Notes: generated by a model not told the origin, from the sequence alone. A stretch of DNA of 63,921 nucleotides, filler included, from Octopus bimaculoides (GCF_001194135.2; 7 parts of 6 records of this genome joined end to end with filler, not necessarily neighbours in it); one strand, 5' to 3'. Counted from the first letter of the whole stretch, positions 24,716 through 39,578 are shown. Numbers and translations are program-made.

Positions 24716-26292
24716 AGTGTGTTCGCATGTATTAAAGATGTAATTATTCTTGTTTTAATGCCATTCCTACAAGACATACGGTCGGTAGTATTCCCTAAGA
24801 TTCTGCTATACCTACAACTGAACAGCTCTGATACCAATGCCAAATACGTGTGTGTATAGATATGCACAAAAATGTGCATGTATATTATATATGTGTGTTC
24901 GCATATGTATGTATGTATATATATANNNNNNNNNNNNNNNNNNNNNNNNNNNNNNNNNNNNNNNNNNNNNNNNNNNNNNNNNNNNNNNNNNNNNNNNNNN
25001 NNNNNNNNNNNNNNNNNNNNNNNNNNNNNNNNNNNNNNNNNNNNNNNNNNNNNNNNNNNNNNNNNNNNNNNNNNNNNNNNNNNNNNNNNNNNNNNNNNNN
25101 NNNNNNNNNNNNNNNNNNNNNNNNNNNNNNNNNNNNNNNNNNNNNNNNNNNNNNNNNNNNNNNNNNNNNNNNNNNNNNNNNNNNNNNNNNNNNNNNNNNN
25201 NNNNNNNNNNNNNNNNNNNNNNNNNNNNNNNNNNNNNNNNNNNNNNNNNNNNNNNNNNNNNNNNNNNNNNNNNNNNNNNNNNNNNNNNNNNNNNNNNNNN
25301 NNNNNNNNNNNNNNNNNNNNNNNNNNNNNNNNNNNNNNNNNNNNNNNNNNNNNNNNNNNNNNNNNNNNNNNNNNNNNNNNNNNNNNNNNNNNNNNNNNNN
25401 NNNNNNNNNNNNNNNNNNNNNNNNNNNNNNNNNNNNNNNNNNNNNNATGAAATACTTATTATACAAAGATAGAAAAATTATTAAAAATATCATAATATCA
25501 AAATAATAACCATTCAATAATCATCCCTTCATCCATGATAATAACATCTATATTATATACAAAAAACATCTTACATAAATTATCATTGTTTTAAATTATC
25601 ATTGTTTTAAATACAATTTGAACGAAGTTTAAGTTTAAAATAATAATGAAGATAAAATTAGTACATATTTAACCGGTGTAATAGTTAAAGCTATACTATT
25701 TAAAGCTAAAGACGTTTATTTAATTATAATTAAAAATCAATTGAATAATAGAAAAATACAAGATTATTTATTTCTACAAACGTAATAATAAAAATATGAA
25801 TGAAAAAATTATGGATGGAAAAATTATGAATAAAAAAATTAGGAAAGAAAAAAATATTAAGAATAAGATTAAACTTTATATATATATATACAAAGTTTTA
25901 ATTTAAAAAATCTTTAACGATATTATAATGTAATGACATTATAATGTAATGACAGATACTTTCAGAGAGAGAGAGAAAGAGAGAAAGAGAGAAAGAGAGA
26001 GAAAGAGTTGTATATGTATACATATACAAGTATATGTACACGTATATGCATAGATATATATATATATAGATATAGATCTATATGCATACGTATATGTATA
26101 CACATGTGTAGATGTATATATATAGAGAGAGATGTACATGTAATATGTACACATATATACATATATATACATGCATACAGATATCTATACATATATACAC
26201 CCATCACACACAAACACATGCACACAAACACACACATTAGTTATTTGTTTTCTTATCCAAAACTACGTCAAAATTACTGAACGGATCTTTAT

Positions 26293-26392
26293 NNNNNNNN
26301 NNNNNNNNNNNNNNNNNNNNNNNNNNNNNNNNNNNNTTAATTAATTAANNNNNNNNNNNNNNNNNNNNNNNNNNNNNNNNNNNNNNNNNNNN
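26293..26392. other. Artificial scaffold joint 44N-TTAATTAATTAA-44N
   Basis: Exactly 100 nt; six identical copies in the window. Confidence 0.95.
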
Positions 26393-27953
26393 TCGTATGC
26401 AATTAACTAAAGACTTGTTTTGTTTACGCTTTTCCCTCCGGTTTTTTGTTCTATGTGTGCCATAAATATCGCCATCCGTTTTAGAGAAAAAATTGTAGTT
26501 TAGAATCAGTAGTTCTTTGACTGCTATTTCTAAATTTTCAGTATGGTGGAGAAGCAACTCAATTGCTAATCCCTGTATATTTATGATGATAAATAGTTTT
26601 ACCGATAAAGGTTTTTTCATACTGAACTACTTGGCAAAATTGTTAATTATTAATTCTATTATTAATTGACGATTCCCTGCCCTTATTCTTGTATATTTTA
26701 TATATATATATATATATATATTATTCATAGGGTATTATAAAATCATTCTCTTTCCTCTAAGCTTTGCTGAAAAATAAAATATAAATTACTTAGCAATAAT
26801 TATATTAAGCCTATTGATGGATTTATATCAGGCAGTGCAGTTTCTAAATCTGGTACACTACAATTATCTTGGATTGAACATTTACTTTGCTCCAAATCAT
26901 ATATCTATTGAGTGTGATTAATTCCAATGCAATTATATTCAATTAATAAGGAAACTCAGTTTTAAAATGTTTATTCTTTCTGCTTTTGTTTTCTAATGGC
27001 AAAATTGAGATTCAATATGAAATAAGCGGCTGAAGGCGACTTGCAATAGTTTGAGAAATTAAAGGGTATAGTAGTTACACTATAATTCCATTCAATATTA
27101 TGCGTTTCGTTTGTTAAGCATTATTTATTTTTTAACTAAATATCAATATACCTTTCCCTTATATTGTTATATATGATTGAATCTTCGAGGGTCTGGAACG
27201 ATTGAGCATCATAATACATGGGGGACGTTGTTTGCACTAGATTACGTGAAAAGTATTAATTATTTAAGGAAATTCACATTTACATACATAGCGCGAAACT
27301 TTAACGTAACAGTCTACTTCCAGGAATAAATTGGAAGCAGAGAAACGCAACATAGAAAATTAAGATCTCTATTTGAAAGAAAATATTCAGTAGCTATTTA
27401 TTCATGTCCAATTATAGTTCTTTATTGTAATTTAGTATTTTAGTCATTATTCTATTTGTGACGAATTTAAATCATCTGCAACCCTTGTACATAAGCAGAT
27501 ACGCGCGCGCAGACACACATACACACACGCACACACATTTATATATATATNNNNNNNNNNNNNNNNNNNNNNNNNNNNNNNNNNNNNNNNNNNNNNNNNN
27601 NNNNNNNNNNNNNNNNNNNNNNNNNNNNNNNNNNNNNNNNNNNNNNNNNNNNNNNNNNNNNNNNNNNNNNNNNNNNNNNNNNNNNNNNNNNNNNNNNNNN
27701 NNNNNNNNNNNNNNNNNNNNNNNNNNNNNNNNNNNNNNNNNNNNNNNNNNNNNNNNNNNNNNNNNNNNNNNNNNNNNNNNNNNNNNNNNNNNNNNNNNNN
27801 NNNNNNNNNNNNNNNNNNNNNNNNNNNNNNNNNNNNNNNNNNNNNNNNNNNNNNNNNNNNNNNNNNNNNNNNNNNNNNNNNNNNNNNNNNNNNNNNNNNN
27901 NNNNNNNNNNNNNNNNNNNNNNNNNNNNNNNNNNNNNNNNNNNNNNNNNNNNN

Positions 27954-27986
<33 letters not shown>

Positions 27987-28802
27987 CATACACTCACACA
28001 TACACACACAATTTTTCTAGAATATATTTACATACTCATTTTAATTGTCTCTTTACAATATCTGAAAATACTATTCATTCTAAACTTTACAGTGAATTCT
28101 CTCTTCAGTTCCTTCTACATTATTTTCCACCATTCCCTATAAATTTCTCTTCTACCAACATCATTAACACTGTCATCATTTTCAGCAGCGAAGAGCAAAC
28201 GTATGATTGTATACACTACCTTCATAAAAATCAACAAAAATCATTCAATTAGGTGGAATTGCAATGCCCTGTGATAATACGGAACACAAAGGAACGACAT
28301 ATTCGTTTCTGTACACAGGTTATTATAAACCTATTGTGATGTATAAACACATTTGGAATAATTGAATATACGTTGTTTTAAGAAAATATGATATCCGAAT
28401 CTAGGCAGTGTGCTAATTGTTGCTAATATAACGAGTACAATGAAATAACAAAATAGTAACTCCACGCAAATATAATGAACATACTAAAATAATAAAGCAA
28501 AAAGTATCAGTTGCAGACGAAACTACGTAATTCGCAAAACCCCGTCCCACCAAGAAACAAAAAACTCCGTAGCGTTCAGTATATCATATGTATCTGTTTT
28601 TCGTTAGCGCCTCCAGGTGTCAACAATGCATTCATCAATTGCGTACCGATCACACTGCCCCCAAGCTAAGGTGTAGGAAGCAAGATGTAGGAAACTAAAA
28701 GGAATTAAAATAATCATATAAAGAAGCTGAATAGTAACGCTGTCAGTTTGTGTTCCATGTCACAATTATACATACATACATACATACGTGTGTATGTGTC
28801 TA

Positions 28803-28839
<37 letters not shown>

Positions 28840-30082
28840 TTTTAGTGAGGCATAGTGATACAGATCTTTGTTAAACAGGATTCCTACTGCTCATACTCAT
28901 CATGTGAATGTTTACAAGAGATAATGGATGTTCCTGTTGTTGAGAAACAATTACATTCAGAGAGTTTTTGAGAACACTATATTTTGGGAGTGAATCATAG
29001 GACTGACCTTGCAAGTTCATTTTTCAGAAGTCTGATTGACCTATTAAGAAACGTCCAAGATATGCGCATGTACGTCTGTCCAACCACCGCCTCTTTCCAG
29101 CTATGTATACTGCAGTAAGGAGCTATGCAATATGTTATGCTGCAATGATTTGCCGTCAATGCTGCGAATATACTATGCCTCTAAACTTAGGGCATTGTGT
29201 ACGGGACAATTTGCTTGTTTCTACCGGATTAGTTGTTTGTACATCGTGGTTGTACAGCTGTCTTCTGCATCGAACTGAGGATATTATTGGCTAAGATGAC
29301 TGCAAATTATTTTGGAGCCTTTGAAAGATTGTAGCAAAGACTTAAAGTGAGAGGTCTTAACGTACTCGATTAGCAACAAAAAACTGAAGTTACGATACAT
29401 TAGAGCTTTAATTGGTGAATAGCCATAACAGGAAAAAGATCGAAACTTTGGAGAATGGTATATGGCGTGTGTGAGTGTGTGGGGTGTCAGTGTGACTGTT
29501 CGGTTGATAAAATGATTCCCGTAGTATACAGAATCCTGGACACCAAAATTATATTTTGTTGGGGAAGAGAAAATAGATTATGCACCTCCTTCTACTTTTA
29601 TGAAGTCTAGGTCTTAGTTGCAGACGCTGCGGAGACGGAAGAATTATGCAAAGACTATTTGTGAAAATGGGGAGTAACGATAAACGTAAAAATCTACTTT
29701 AAAAGGGAGTTAATAAGATTGTAGGAAACTTACATGGAGAATTGAACGTTTAGGATTGAGAAATATAACTAAAGTTGGGAAAGGAGAATTATATTGTTAC
29801 ACAGTGAAAACTGGCAATATGGGAAAAAAATGTTTCAGCTGATCTCTGTTGCACGAGGTGATGCCGATCACAGTCCCGAGTTGAAACTCAAACAGAGGCC
29901 CTAAAGTAGATATGAAAGACTTAGATTAGAATATTGACAAGGAAAGAATTGGCGTAACCTTTATGAATATAGACAACACTCACATTTCTTTGAAATTATC
30001 GCATAAGGAAATAAATTTGGAGTGGATACAATGCCTGTTAAACCGAGGAAGGTGCTAGAATCACAAACGCACGAAGATACGC

Positions 30083-30134
<52 letters not shown>

Positions 30135-30279
30135 AAAGAGAGAGAAACCCCATATAAACACTCGCCGTTATCCACACTTGCCTTGCCCGGTCACAATTTG
30201 TTGAACGTGCTTCTGCTCTTTCTTTTCACACCATCCCACCCTTACCCGTTTCCCTTCACCTTCCAGCCTTCCAACCTAC

Positions 30280-30540
30280 AACTCTAATGCACCATTTTTT
30301 GCTATTTCTGCCCTCTCTCTGTCCTTCCTAGCACATTGATCAAACGGAACGCAGCTTGGCTTGCCGGTTCTCGGAGCACCTCTGAGAATCTGGTTCGGCA
30401 ATGACACATCGGTCTCCCGCCATCTTCGCTGTACTGGTCTTTCCCTACAACATGTTTGTGTTCGGACTGTATCTGCACCAAGGGCCACCCAGTTTCCCGT
30501 CTACACCGTGAAAAGAGATTAATCTTCTTTCTATGTTCCT
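30280..30540 (-). mobile_element. Possible Penelope-like GIY-YIG remnant
   Basis: RETGWPLVQIQSEHK resembles GETGR.L..R..EH; FRLINVLG resembles the LI..LG motif. Confidence 0.35.
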
Positions 30541-30649
30541 TTGTGCCATATGGGCTCCCATGACCTCTTTTCTTCATCTGACACCAACCTCACCTTCTCT
30601 CTTCATTTTTCACCCATCCCTCACGGATCCCACTCACCTCCCACATTCA

Positions 30650-31220
30650 AATGCCCCATCAACCTACACACCTGCATACCGCCCATCTCGGTAACTACCC
30701 TCACCCACACGTACTACTATACACACACCCATACACATTGTTCAGCTCACCACTCACTTCGCACTCAATTACACACACACCCACTCCAAACACACTAGCA
30801 CTTACCATTTCTCAGCACTTACACTACACACGATATTCGACACACCCACACACATCTTTGATAGCGTCACTACACATAACACTAAACGAGCAGCCACACA
30901 CACTGTTTAACACAGTACATGTACAATTATACACGCTCCCACGCAAGCACCTACTATCTAAACACAGACAATATATGCACACACACGCTACACGCATCAC
31001 GCGTAACACGCATAGATTACAATAACTTTCGCCCACATACATACACTATACACATGGACACTATTTGGTCACACACACACACTCATGTGCACACACGACG
31101 TGGAAAAACACAAATCAGCTGCTACACACAACACACACACATACGTTACACATAAACACACACACATACGTTATACATAAACACACACGTACACACTTAC
31201 GCACTCACACACACGCTTGC
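30650..31220. repeat. Degenerate (CA)n-rich low-complexity tract
   Basis: Direct reading; source of His/Thr-rich spurious ORFs. Confidence 0.85.
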
Positions 31221-31499
31221 ACACCTTAGCTTTTTGGGATCACCACCTCTATTATTATCTCTCTTTCATTCAACTTCTCTTTATTATTATTTTCCTTTCA
31301 TTCAACCTCTTTTTTCCGCTGAACTCTACACGTTTTTTTTTTCTCATTCTCTGTTTCTATTTATCTAATCTTATTCCTTTCTGTCGAACAACATAGGCTT
31401 GAAATGTATAAAGCTCTTCCATTTTTCCCGAGCATCAAACTTGCTTGTTGTTCCTACAACTGTCCAACTGTCGTCGGTTTTTTTTTTTTATAAATTCGG

Positions 31500-31530
<31 letters not shown>

Positions 31531-31552
31531 NNNNNNNNNNNNNNATTCGGTC

Positions 31553-31603
<51 letters not shown>

Positions 31604-33665
31604 AGAGAGAGAGAGAGGGAGGCAAAGATAGAGCGATAGACAGAAAGAGCGAGAGAGAGTGAGGGAGGTTTTAAATGTTGACGTAACCATGTTGATCCGA
31701 TGATCTCTTGAACTATCTTCCATTATTTGCATTAATTTGTGAATATATAATTGTATTGTATAATGCTGAGAATATATGTTTAATGCAAATAAATACACAT
31801 AATTTTTGCATACTGAATTACAGAATTAATAAGATATGTAGGCTATTGCGAAACGCCTGTAACCCTATGGAAGTTACTTGGTTACATAAATATATATTCA
31901 CCTCTGACACCTCAAGACATGTTCACAAACACACACGCACACACACATATACGAACTCTGTGTGCGAGTATGTGTGTGCGTGCGCGTGTGTGAGTGCGTG
32001 TGAATGGGTGTGCGCGTGCGTGTGCGTTTATGTGCGTATGCGTGCATATGTTTGTGTTTATGTGTTTGTGAATGTGCACAATAAATGGCATATTGAAATT
32101 AAATATGTATGACATGCAAAATTGAAATAGTTGTCGGTTACTGCATGAAGGATTACTTAGAATCAACAACGCTGTGTATAATATTGCATTGAATCACCGT
32201 TACTATATCTGTGATTTTATGCTGTGCTGATTCTACACAATACCTCAAACCTTTCACAAACCTTTCATCAGCTTGAATCTAAAGAGCAAAACACTTGTCT
32301 ACGATATTCCATTTCAAAAATACTCTTGACAATAATGTGTTTCAAAACTAATTTAAATTTATTTCTACTCTGTTACAAAAAAAAAAACGGTATCAAAATT
32401 TCGACTTCAAGTGTATGGTGCTTCATGTATTCCTACCTCAGAATCGTCTTATCGAAGCTATAATATATAGTGCCAAAGAAAACAAGATAAACAGCTGATG
32501 AATACGTTAAATTAAACGTTCGTAGAAAAGTTTGTTTTAATTATATATATATCTTTATATTATTCATATCCATGTATATATACGCATATATTGTCCCCCA
32601 GACGCGTATCTTACGGTAAATATCAAATAAAGTGGTTTAATAAGTTAAAGAGAAAGTCTAACGTAATGCAAGGGTGAACCTACAATACAAATACCGAGAG
32701 TGAAAAAACTCTCGGTGCCATTGTCTTTTACCAGCTTATGTCTACTATGTGTCTTTGTACTTTTAAGTGATATTTTTCTATGTGATGAATTTCAAAATAC
32801 TCTTTGTTGAGATATGAAATCAGTAGTGAATTTTGAATTTAGTTTCTTCTCTGTCGATTCCTCAAAATGCGCCCAATTAATTTATATCAAACACAATGGA
32901 AATTTTTATCGGAGTTATTTGAATTGATCCAATAATAGTGTATCTAATATTTCGTTCATTGCACTATGTGAACATTATTTATATTTTCAATAACCCGGTA
33001 ATGAAATGCAAACGCACACTGGCCAAATTTGATTTCAGGACGTATATGGATACAAATGCAGATAATAAAGCACTTTTCGATTAATTCAGCCAATTCACAA
33101 AGCAAATTTCAATTAATTGATGAAAAGGCTGAAGATAAGATTTTATATTTCTTTCATCTCCTTTGAACTCTTAATCGTTTTTACGTCTCACCTGTTACTC
33201 AACATAAAATTTTCAGTAAGAAAACCGATGCATTTATCTTTCTGTAAATCTAATATTGGAAAATGAGTTGTGTTCAAAGAAAGATGAACAATATAACAAA
33301 TGGAAAATAAAGAAATTACTTTTTGCCACGAAATATATATATAGTTTGTAGAAGCTTTTCTGAAGCAGGTTCAATAAAAGTATTTTTCAACGGTTTCTAT
33401 ATTTATCCTTTGTTTGTAGTAAATATCAAATTTTACAACTAAGATCTACGTCTAAACTGATTTATACTACAACGAAAGCAATATAACATTGCTAAGTAGA
33501 AATACTGATATGATGAATTATTTCTCCCATTGAGGTATACATTTCTATACCCTCCATAACATCTATCAATGTCTCGACGTCCATGGTGAGATACATACTG
33601 CTAGCTAATATCTGTTTTAAATTTCTAACTCAATAGATTATTTCTGTATATACAAACATACAAAC

Positions 33666-33727
<62 letters not shown>

Positions 33728-33840
33728 ATACATATTCATGTTTACATAAACATATGTACATATATNNNNNNNNNNACACGAATCTACAGACACTCTCTCT
33801 GTCTCTCACACACACACACATACACACACAAGCACGCACT

Positions 33841-33900
<60 letters not shown>

Positions 33901-35317
33901 CAAACAGAAAGGCAGATATGCAGGCAGGTATACAGGCAGGTAGCCGGATAGGTAGATTACTTTGCTTTTTCTTGCAAAAACGGATTCTTTCTTATGTCTG
34001 AAATATTTTGTGATTACAATATGTTCATTGAATCTCTAAATGTTTAACTGTCCAGCTGAGAGTAGATTATTTTTAACTAGAACAGAACACAATAGATATC
34101 ATGCGTTTTTATCGATTTATAGAAACTCACATGGGTATTATTCATATCATATCCTTCGAAACAGCTAAATCTGTGGATAAATACTTTTCCATACAAATTT
34201 AAGCGATGAAGCTTAATGTCTCATAGACATGATTAGTAAATCGAGGCCCATAACATTGAAACTAAGGTTAGTAGATATCACGAAAAAGGTAAGCACCCAA
34301 TGTATGCTACGACAAGCAATTTGTCAATCATGAATTAGGTTTACATTTGCAATGATTTCACTATTATTCTGCGAAGTGTCGTAGATAAAGCAAGAAGCGA
34401 AATATAAACAAAAATATTAAAACCCTAATGAAATGGTGTAAACAATGTTTGTTTCAGAAAAATAACAAAAGGAAACAAGTTAAAGTTCAGTATACAGATT
34501 ATCAGTATCCGGATCAAAGTGTGTTAGTCATTATATTAAAAACTTCTGTACGGAAGTGTAGCTCCAGCTACCCCTCGATTATCGAATAATTTCACTTCAA
34601 TGAGTCGAATATTTTAATAGAATCTTTTCGAGTTATAAGTAAATGCGTAAAGAAGGAAGTTAAAACATATTCTAAAAGTGCGTTTACACGTTGCATATGG
34701 AAAACGTTTTTACAATAATATACATAGTGAGAAGAAACAAAACGGAAACAAAACTACAAAAGTAAGGAACATATGATTGCCGAGGGGCGTCTCTTAGAGC
34801 CTCATTTATATGTAAGCTTAAAACGCACTACAAACATCAATAATTTTTTAGATGTCTTATAAAATAATCCAAATAATGTATGCAATGAAAAGCAATTAGT
34901 CAATCATGAATTATATTTACATTCACAATGATTTCAATGTCTTTCTTCATATAATGTCTAGAAAATCTACCAGAAACAATAGTTTAAACCCTAAGTATCG
35001 ATGAAACGGTAATAATAAGGATGCACAATTAAGATTATGTTAGTATTCGAAAATTATTATAGTTTTGCATTGGTTAATTTTGCAGAAAGTTGTAATCACA
35101 ACTGTAAAAATAATGACGACTAATTAATAACTTAAAATTAATGATTTCTTTATTCATTAATGAACTAATTGTGTCAAAGTGTAGTATCGTGATTAAGCAA
35201 AAATGGGATGTTAATGAAATTGATTTGTGATTCACGATGTGATAAGCATAGAAAAATGTGAAGTCGCCCGATGCAATTCACATCGGCTCCGATATGGAAA
35301 TTGGTATATGTATCTAT

Positions 35318-35941
35318 CTATCGTAAAAAAGATCTATATATATATATAATTGGTGTTGAGTTCATCCATCCCTCGTAAATATCTGCTTTGTTGGAATTTT
35401 TTATCATATTCCAGTAAGCGAGTTTTCTATTATGGAGGCTTGTATTCCAAATATTCTCTATTTTTCTTTTTGTTAAATTGACTTGTGTAAGTATGGCGTC
35501 CTGATGTATTTCATTTGGTGTGCGTTGGCTGTTATTCGGTTTGTTTGTGAATACCGACTTTAGTGTAGTACACAGGGTGTTTAAATCTTTACTAATTTGT
35601 TCTTGTTTTAACATGAATACGTCGACAGTATCGTGTAGAGGAGGTTGTTGTTCATTGTTAGATTTGTTAATGTACATTGATTTGAGGGTTGTGCATAAAA
35701 GTTGTAAATCATTACTAACCTGATCAGTGTAGTGAGTAGTGACTCCACTGTTTATCCTTTCCCGGGCGAGTAGATTTGAGTCCTCGATTTTGTTATTTAA
35801 GGAAATGAGGTGTGAGTTAATATTTTTGAGTTCTTTATGTATATCCTCGTTTGTAATTTTATCCGAAGTATTGGTCTTCTGTGGCATTTTCGGTCTCACG
35901 TGTTTTAGTATATGGGTGAGAAAGTTGGTATGTGAAAGCAC
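35318..35941 (-). mobile_element. 207-codon open frame, probable N-terminal region of a retroelement (Penelope-like?) ORF
   Basis: Longest gap-free, non-microsatellite ORF in the window; internal duplicated motif; ends abruptly in (TA)n. Family guess is from recall only. Confidence 0.4.
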
Positions 35942-36013
35942 GTGGTTGGATGTATAAAAGATAATAAGAGTGACAAAACTACAGAAGGCTTGTGTTACAT
36001 GGTTAAAGTATAT

Positions 36014-36113
36014 NNNNNNNNNNNNNNNNNNNNNNNNNNNNNNNNNNNNNNNNNNNNTTAATTAATTAANNNNNNNNNNNNNNNNNNNNNNNNNNNNNNN
36101 NNNNNNNNNNNNN
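36014..36113. other. Artificial scaffold joint
   Basis: 44N-TTAATTAATTAA-44N. Confidence 0.95.
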
Positions 36114-36253
36114 TTACAAGCATGTATACATATATATATATATATAAATATATAGATGGTGTATGTGTTTGTATATATATTTATGTGTGTGTGTGTGTGT
36201 GTGTGTATGTATATATATATCTATCTTTATATGTATACATGTATACATATATG

Positions 36254-36284
<31 letters not shown>

Positions 36285-36707
36285 ATACAAACACATGCAC
36301 ACGTATACACCTACACACGCACACGCACGCACATACACATACACACATACACACATACACACATACACACAAATATTTGTATATCATTATAAGCAATCAT
36401 ATTATTACTAAACGAGAAAGTACCGCGCCCAGAAATACTTTTAGATGCATACACATGCACTCATGAATAGATTTATTGCTTGTATAGATGTATATTTGAA
36501 ATGATGAATGTTCCGTTCAAATTAATGAAAATGTTTTGAAGAATACGTAAGTGTGTAGATATTTGGTATACATTTAGATCAATCATGCAGTCATTTAGAT
36601 GAAATCCTAAATGTATTTTGTGTTTGTATATATGTACATGTGTGTAGGTATGTATTTTTCTTTGTCTCTTCCTCTATCTCTTATTGTTTTTCTCTCTCTT
36701 TCCCTCT

Positions 36708-36742
<35 letters not shown>

Positions 36743-36899
36743 NNNNNNNNNNNNNNNNNNNNNNNNNNNNNNNNNNNNNNNNNNNNNNNNNNNNNNNNNN
36801 NNNNNNNNNNNNNNNNTGACAGAAGTAAATTGACTACTTATAATCATTAAAATTTATTTAAATTTTGAATTATAGATTCGAAAATATTTTTTAATTATT

Positions 36900-37620
36900 A
36901 TAATGTGAATATCTAATATTTAGTAGACGTGCCGTTTGCATTTTTCAATGCAATGACCCTATTAAGCATGTTACGGATCAGATGACGAATATTCTCTTGC
37001 AGAATTTCTTGCCAAGTTTCATATAATAATCTCAAAAGATCTGGCTTTGAAGATGCTTTCTTGTTCTTTTATGAAGTGTCCTGTCCATTATGTCCCAGAT
37101 GTGTTCACTAGGGTTCATATCTGGTGATTTGCTTGACCATTGAAGGTTTTTAATGCCATTCTCATCCAAAAAATCTTGGGTCATTTTAGTTGCGTGAAAG
37201 GAGTCCCGTCTTCCATAAATAAAGATTCTGCTTTAATCCCTTCACCACTGAAGAAGATTGTAAGGAGTCCTTTCCGCAATATTGGCACGTATTTATCTGA
37301 GCATAATCACAATCCTCCGATTAATGTAGACAAAAATACTTTGGCTCATCTATGGTGTGTAACGCCTTGAAGATGTATGCCCAAGGATACTGCAGAAAAT
37401 GCGAAAAATCTAATCCTTATTAGAGCAGAATTTGGAATCATGGATTTTCAAGGAACGAGAGATCTATGCACAAAACACTTGTCCCTTAAAAGACTTTTGC
37501 AACTTTTATGCAGATTAACATTTTATTCCTCTTATGAGGAATGTGCGCTTCGAAAACTGCGTTCTATTGTAGCCCCGGTTACACTAAATCTTTGCGAGTG
37601 AATTTGGTACATGGAAATTG
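36900..37620 (-). mobile_element. Tc1-like transposase pseudogene
   Basis: FMEDGTP (~37215) and WSSKSPDMNPSEHIWDIMDR (~37090-37140); related to 57900-58730. Confidence 0.8.
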
Positions 37621-37669
37621 GGTGGAAGCTTATGGACTGTGTTTGTATGTGTGTATATGTATTGGCATG

Positions 37670-37875
37670 TGCTTTTTTGTTTACTCCTACACCACTTGGC
37701 AACCAGTCTTGCTTTGTTTTCGCCTCCTAACTTATCAGTTCGACAAAAGATATCGAAAGGTTAAGCACGAGTTTCAAAATTTTAATAAGTACTGGGCTTG
37801 ATATATTCGACGAAACACTTTAATTCGGTGCCCCAGCATGGTCGCAGTCGTATGACTGAAGCAAGTAAAAAGATA
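37670..37875 (+). mobile_element. SINE 3' portion
   Basis: TAATAAGTACTGGGCTTGAT...GGTGCCCCAGCATGGTCGCAGTCGTATGACTGAAGCAAGTAAAAGA. Confidence 0.7.
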
Positions 37876-39529
37876 AAAGGTTTCACGCGCACACACACAC
37901 AAACACACAAACACACACAAACACACACAGACATACACAGACACACACGCACAGAGTGACGTATTTCAGCTAACCCTAACTCTAACCCTAATTCTCCATC
38001 TCCATTTCCATCATTGGACCTTATCTTTAATTTTTCCTTCAAAACTTATTCCTACCCTGAATGCATTTCTGACATGCTTACTGCCTCACTTCCGCGTTTT
38101 ATCCGTCTATCTGCTCCAACATTACAACCTCATCATCATTACTTATCATCGTGTTAACTGCCGTGGCTTGATAAGAAAATTTCAATATAACATCAATAAT
38201 GACTATTTCTAGCGAGCGGACTATCTAGGTCCTAATTATCAGAATATTCGCTATTTCTACAACCTTATCACTGTCATGGAATCTGGTCTTCACGTCTGTA
38301 ATAAGCATCTATCACTCACCCCACCTCTTCCATTAGAATTACCTCTACAAGAATCTCAGATGACAGTTACAATTACATCTAAATCGTTCTGACAACGATA
38401 ACCAATAACTGGTCATTTCCTTTTTCATTTCGCTCCTCTTCGGTTCACTTTCTTCGACAGATCCATAAGAACTGGCAGCGATTACAAATAATAGTAACCT
38501 TTTCCTATGCACGCAACTAAAAACAATACACACATATACATGGACACGCGCATACATTCACAGATTCCTACACACGAGACACAAATGCACACGAACACAT
38601 GCCAACAAGAACTTATAATTTCTTTCATCGGAATCTTCATTAAATAATGAGTAACATCATTAACACTAGTATTGTCATTTGCATCGGGTGTGTAGTCGAT
38701 ACCGGGCATATAGTACAAGGTTTAGCTCTGTAAGATCTGTATATCAGGCATCTCCATTCAATCACATATTCCATTGATGCTAACTCTTTCCATTTTAGTT
38801 TCATCATTTGCCTACTTCCATTCAATTCATCCTTTAAACTGGAATTAGAATATATTGTAAAATAACCAAAATGTACATTTGATAAGCCGAAGTCATGTGT
38901 TGAATTATAGGAGAAGAGGTTTGCTGGAATCTAACGTAATTTATTTCTAAATAGGCCAAGAAGACGAAGGATTAAGAACGGGACACTTGAAGGAAATGAC
39001 GTCTGATGGAGAAACAAATAGAGTTAAGATGGACGCTTGATTCGTTGTGAAAAGCAATTCCATAGCTGAATCAGACTAGCATTCGCTTAAGATCTTTTAC
39101 GAGATGAATATTAAAAGCAAGAAAATCAATCTTTGTAACACTTATCCGAATACAAACTGTGATTGCCCATATACTTGATAACATATGTATACATACATAT
39201 ATGTTTGTATCTATCTATCTATCTATATANNNNNNNNNNNNNNNNNNNNNNNNNNNNNNNNNNNNNNNNNNNNNNNNNNNNNNNNNNNNNNNNNNNNNNN
39301 NNNNNNNNNNNNNNNNNNNNNATATATATATATATATATATATACATGTGTATGTGTATACGCACACACACACACACATTTGTTATCAAGTATTTTCTCT
39401 GAGTTCTCTATAGCTTCTTTCACTGTTACTCTTTCCCACACTAGTTCTTGCTCTCATTCGACCTTCCCTTGACGCTCTTTTCGTACCTATGGTTCATATG
39501 TCAGCCTTCTCTTAATCACTCTTCCTCTG

Positions 39530-39578
<49 letters not shown>

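Noticed and set aside
24781-24812. YSRILGNTTD micro-exon as zymogen activation site
   Set aside because: No His57 exon is found between it and 23265, the acceptor context is poor, and it is not an I-V/I-G-G match. Treated as chance.
32694-32718. Short perfect hairpin ACCGAGAGT-GAAAAA-ACTCTCGGT as a terminator or structured RNA
   Set aside because: Single 9-bp stem, no U-tract, no context; plausible by chance in 64 kb.
38078-38130. GCNVGADRRIKRGSEA followed by GTAAGC as an activation-peptide exon
   Set aside because: In-frame stops lie immediately upstream and there is no pyrimidine tract at the only usable AG.
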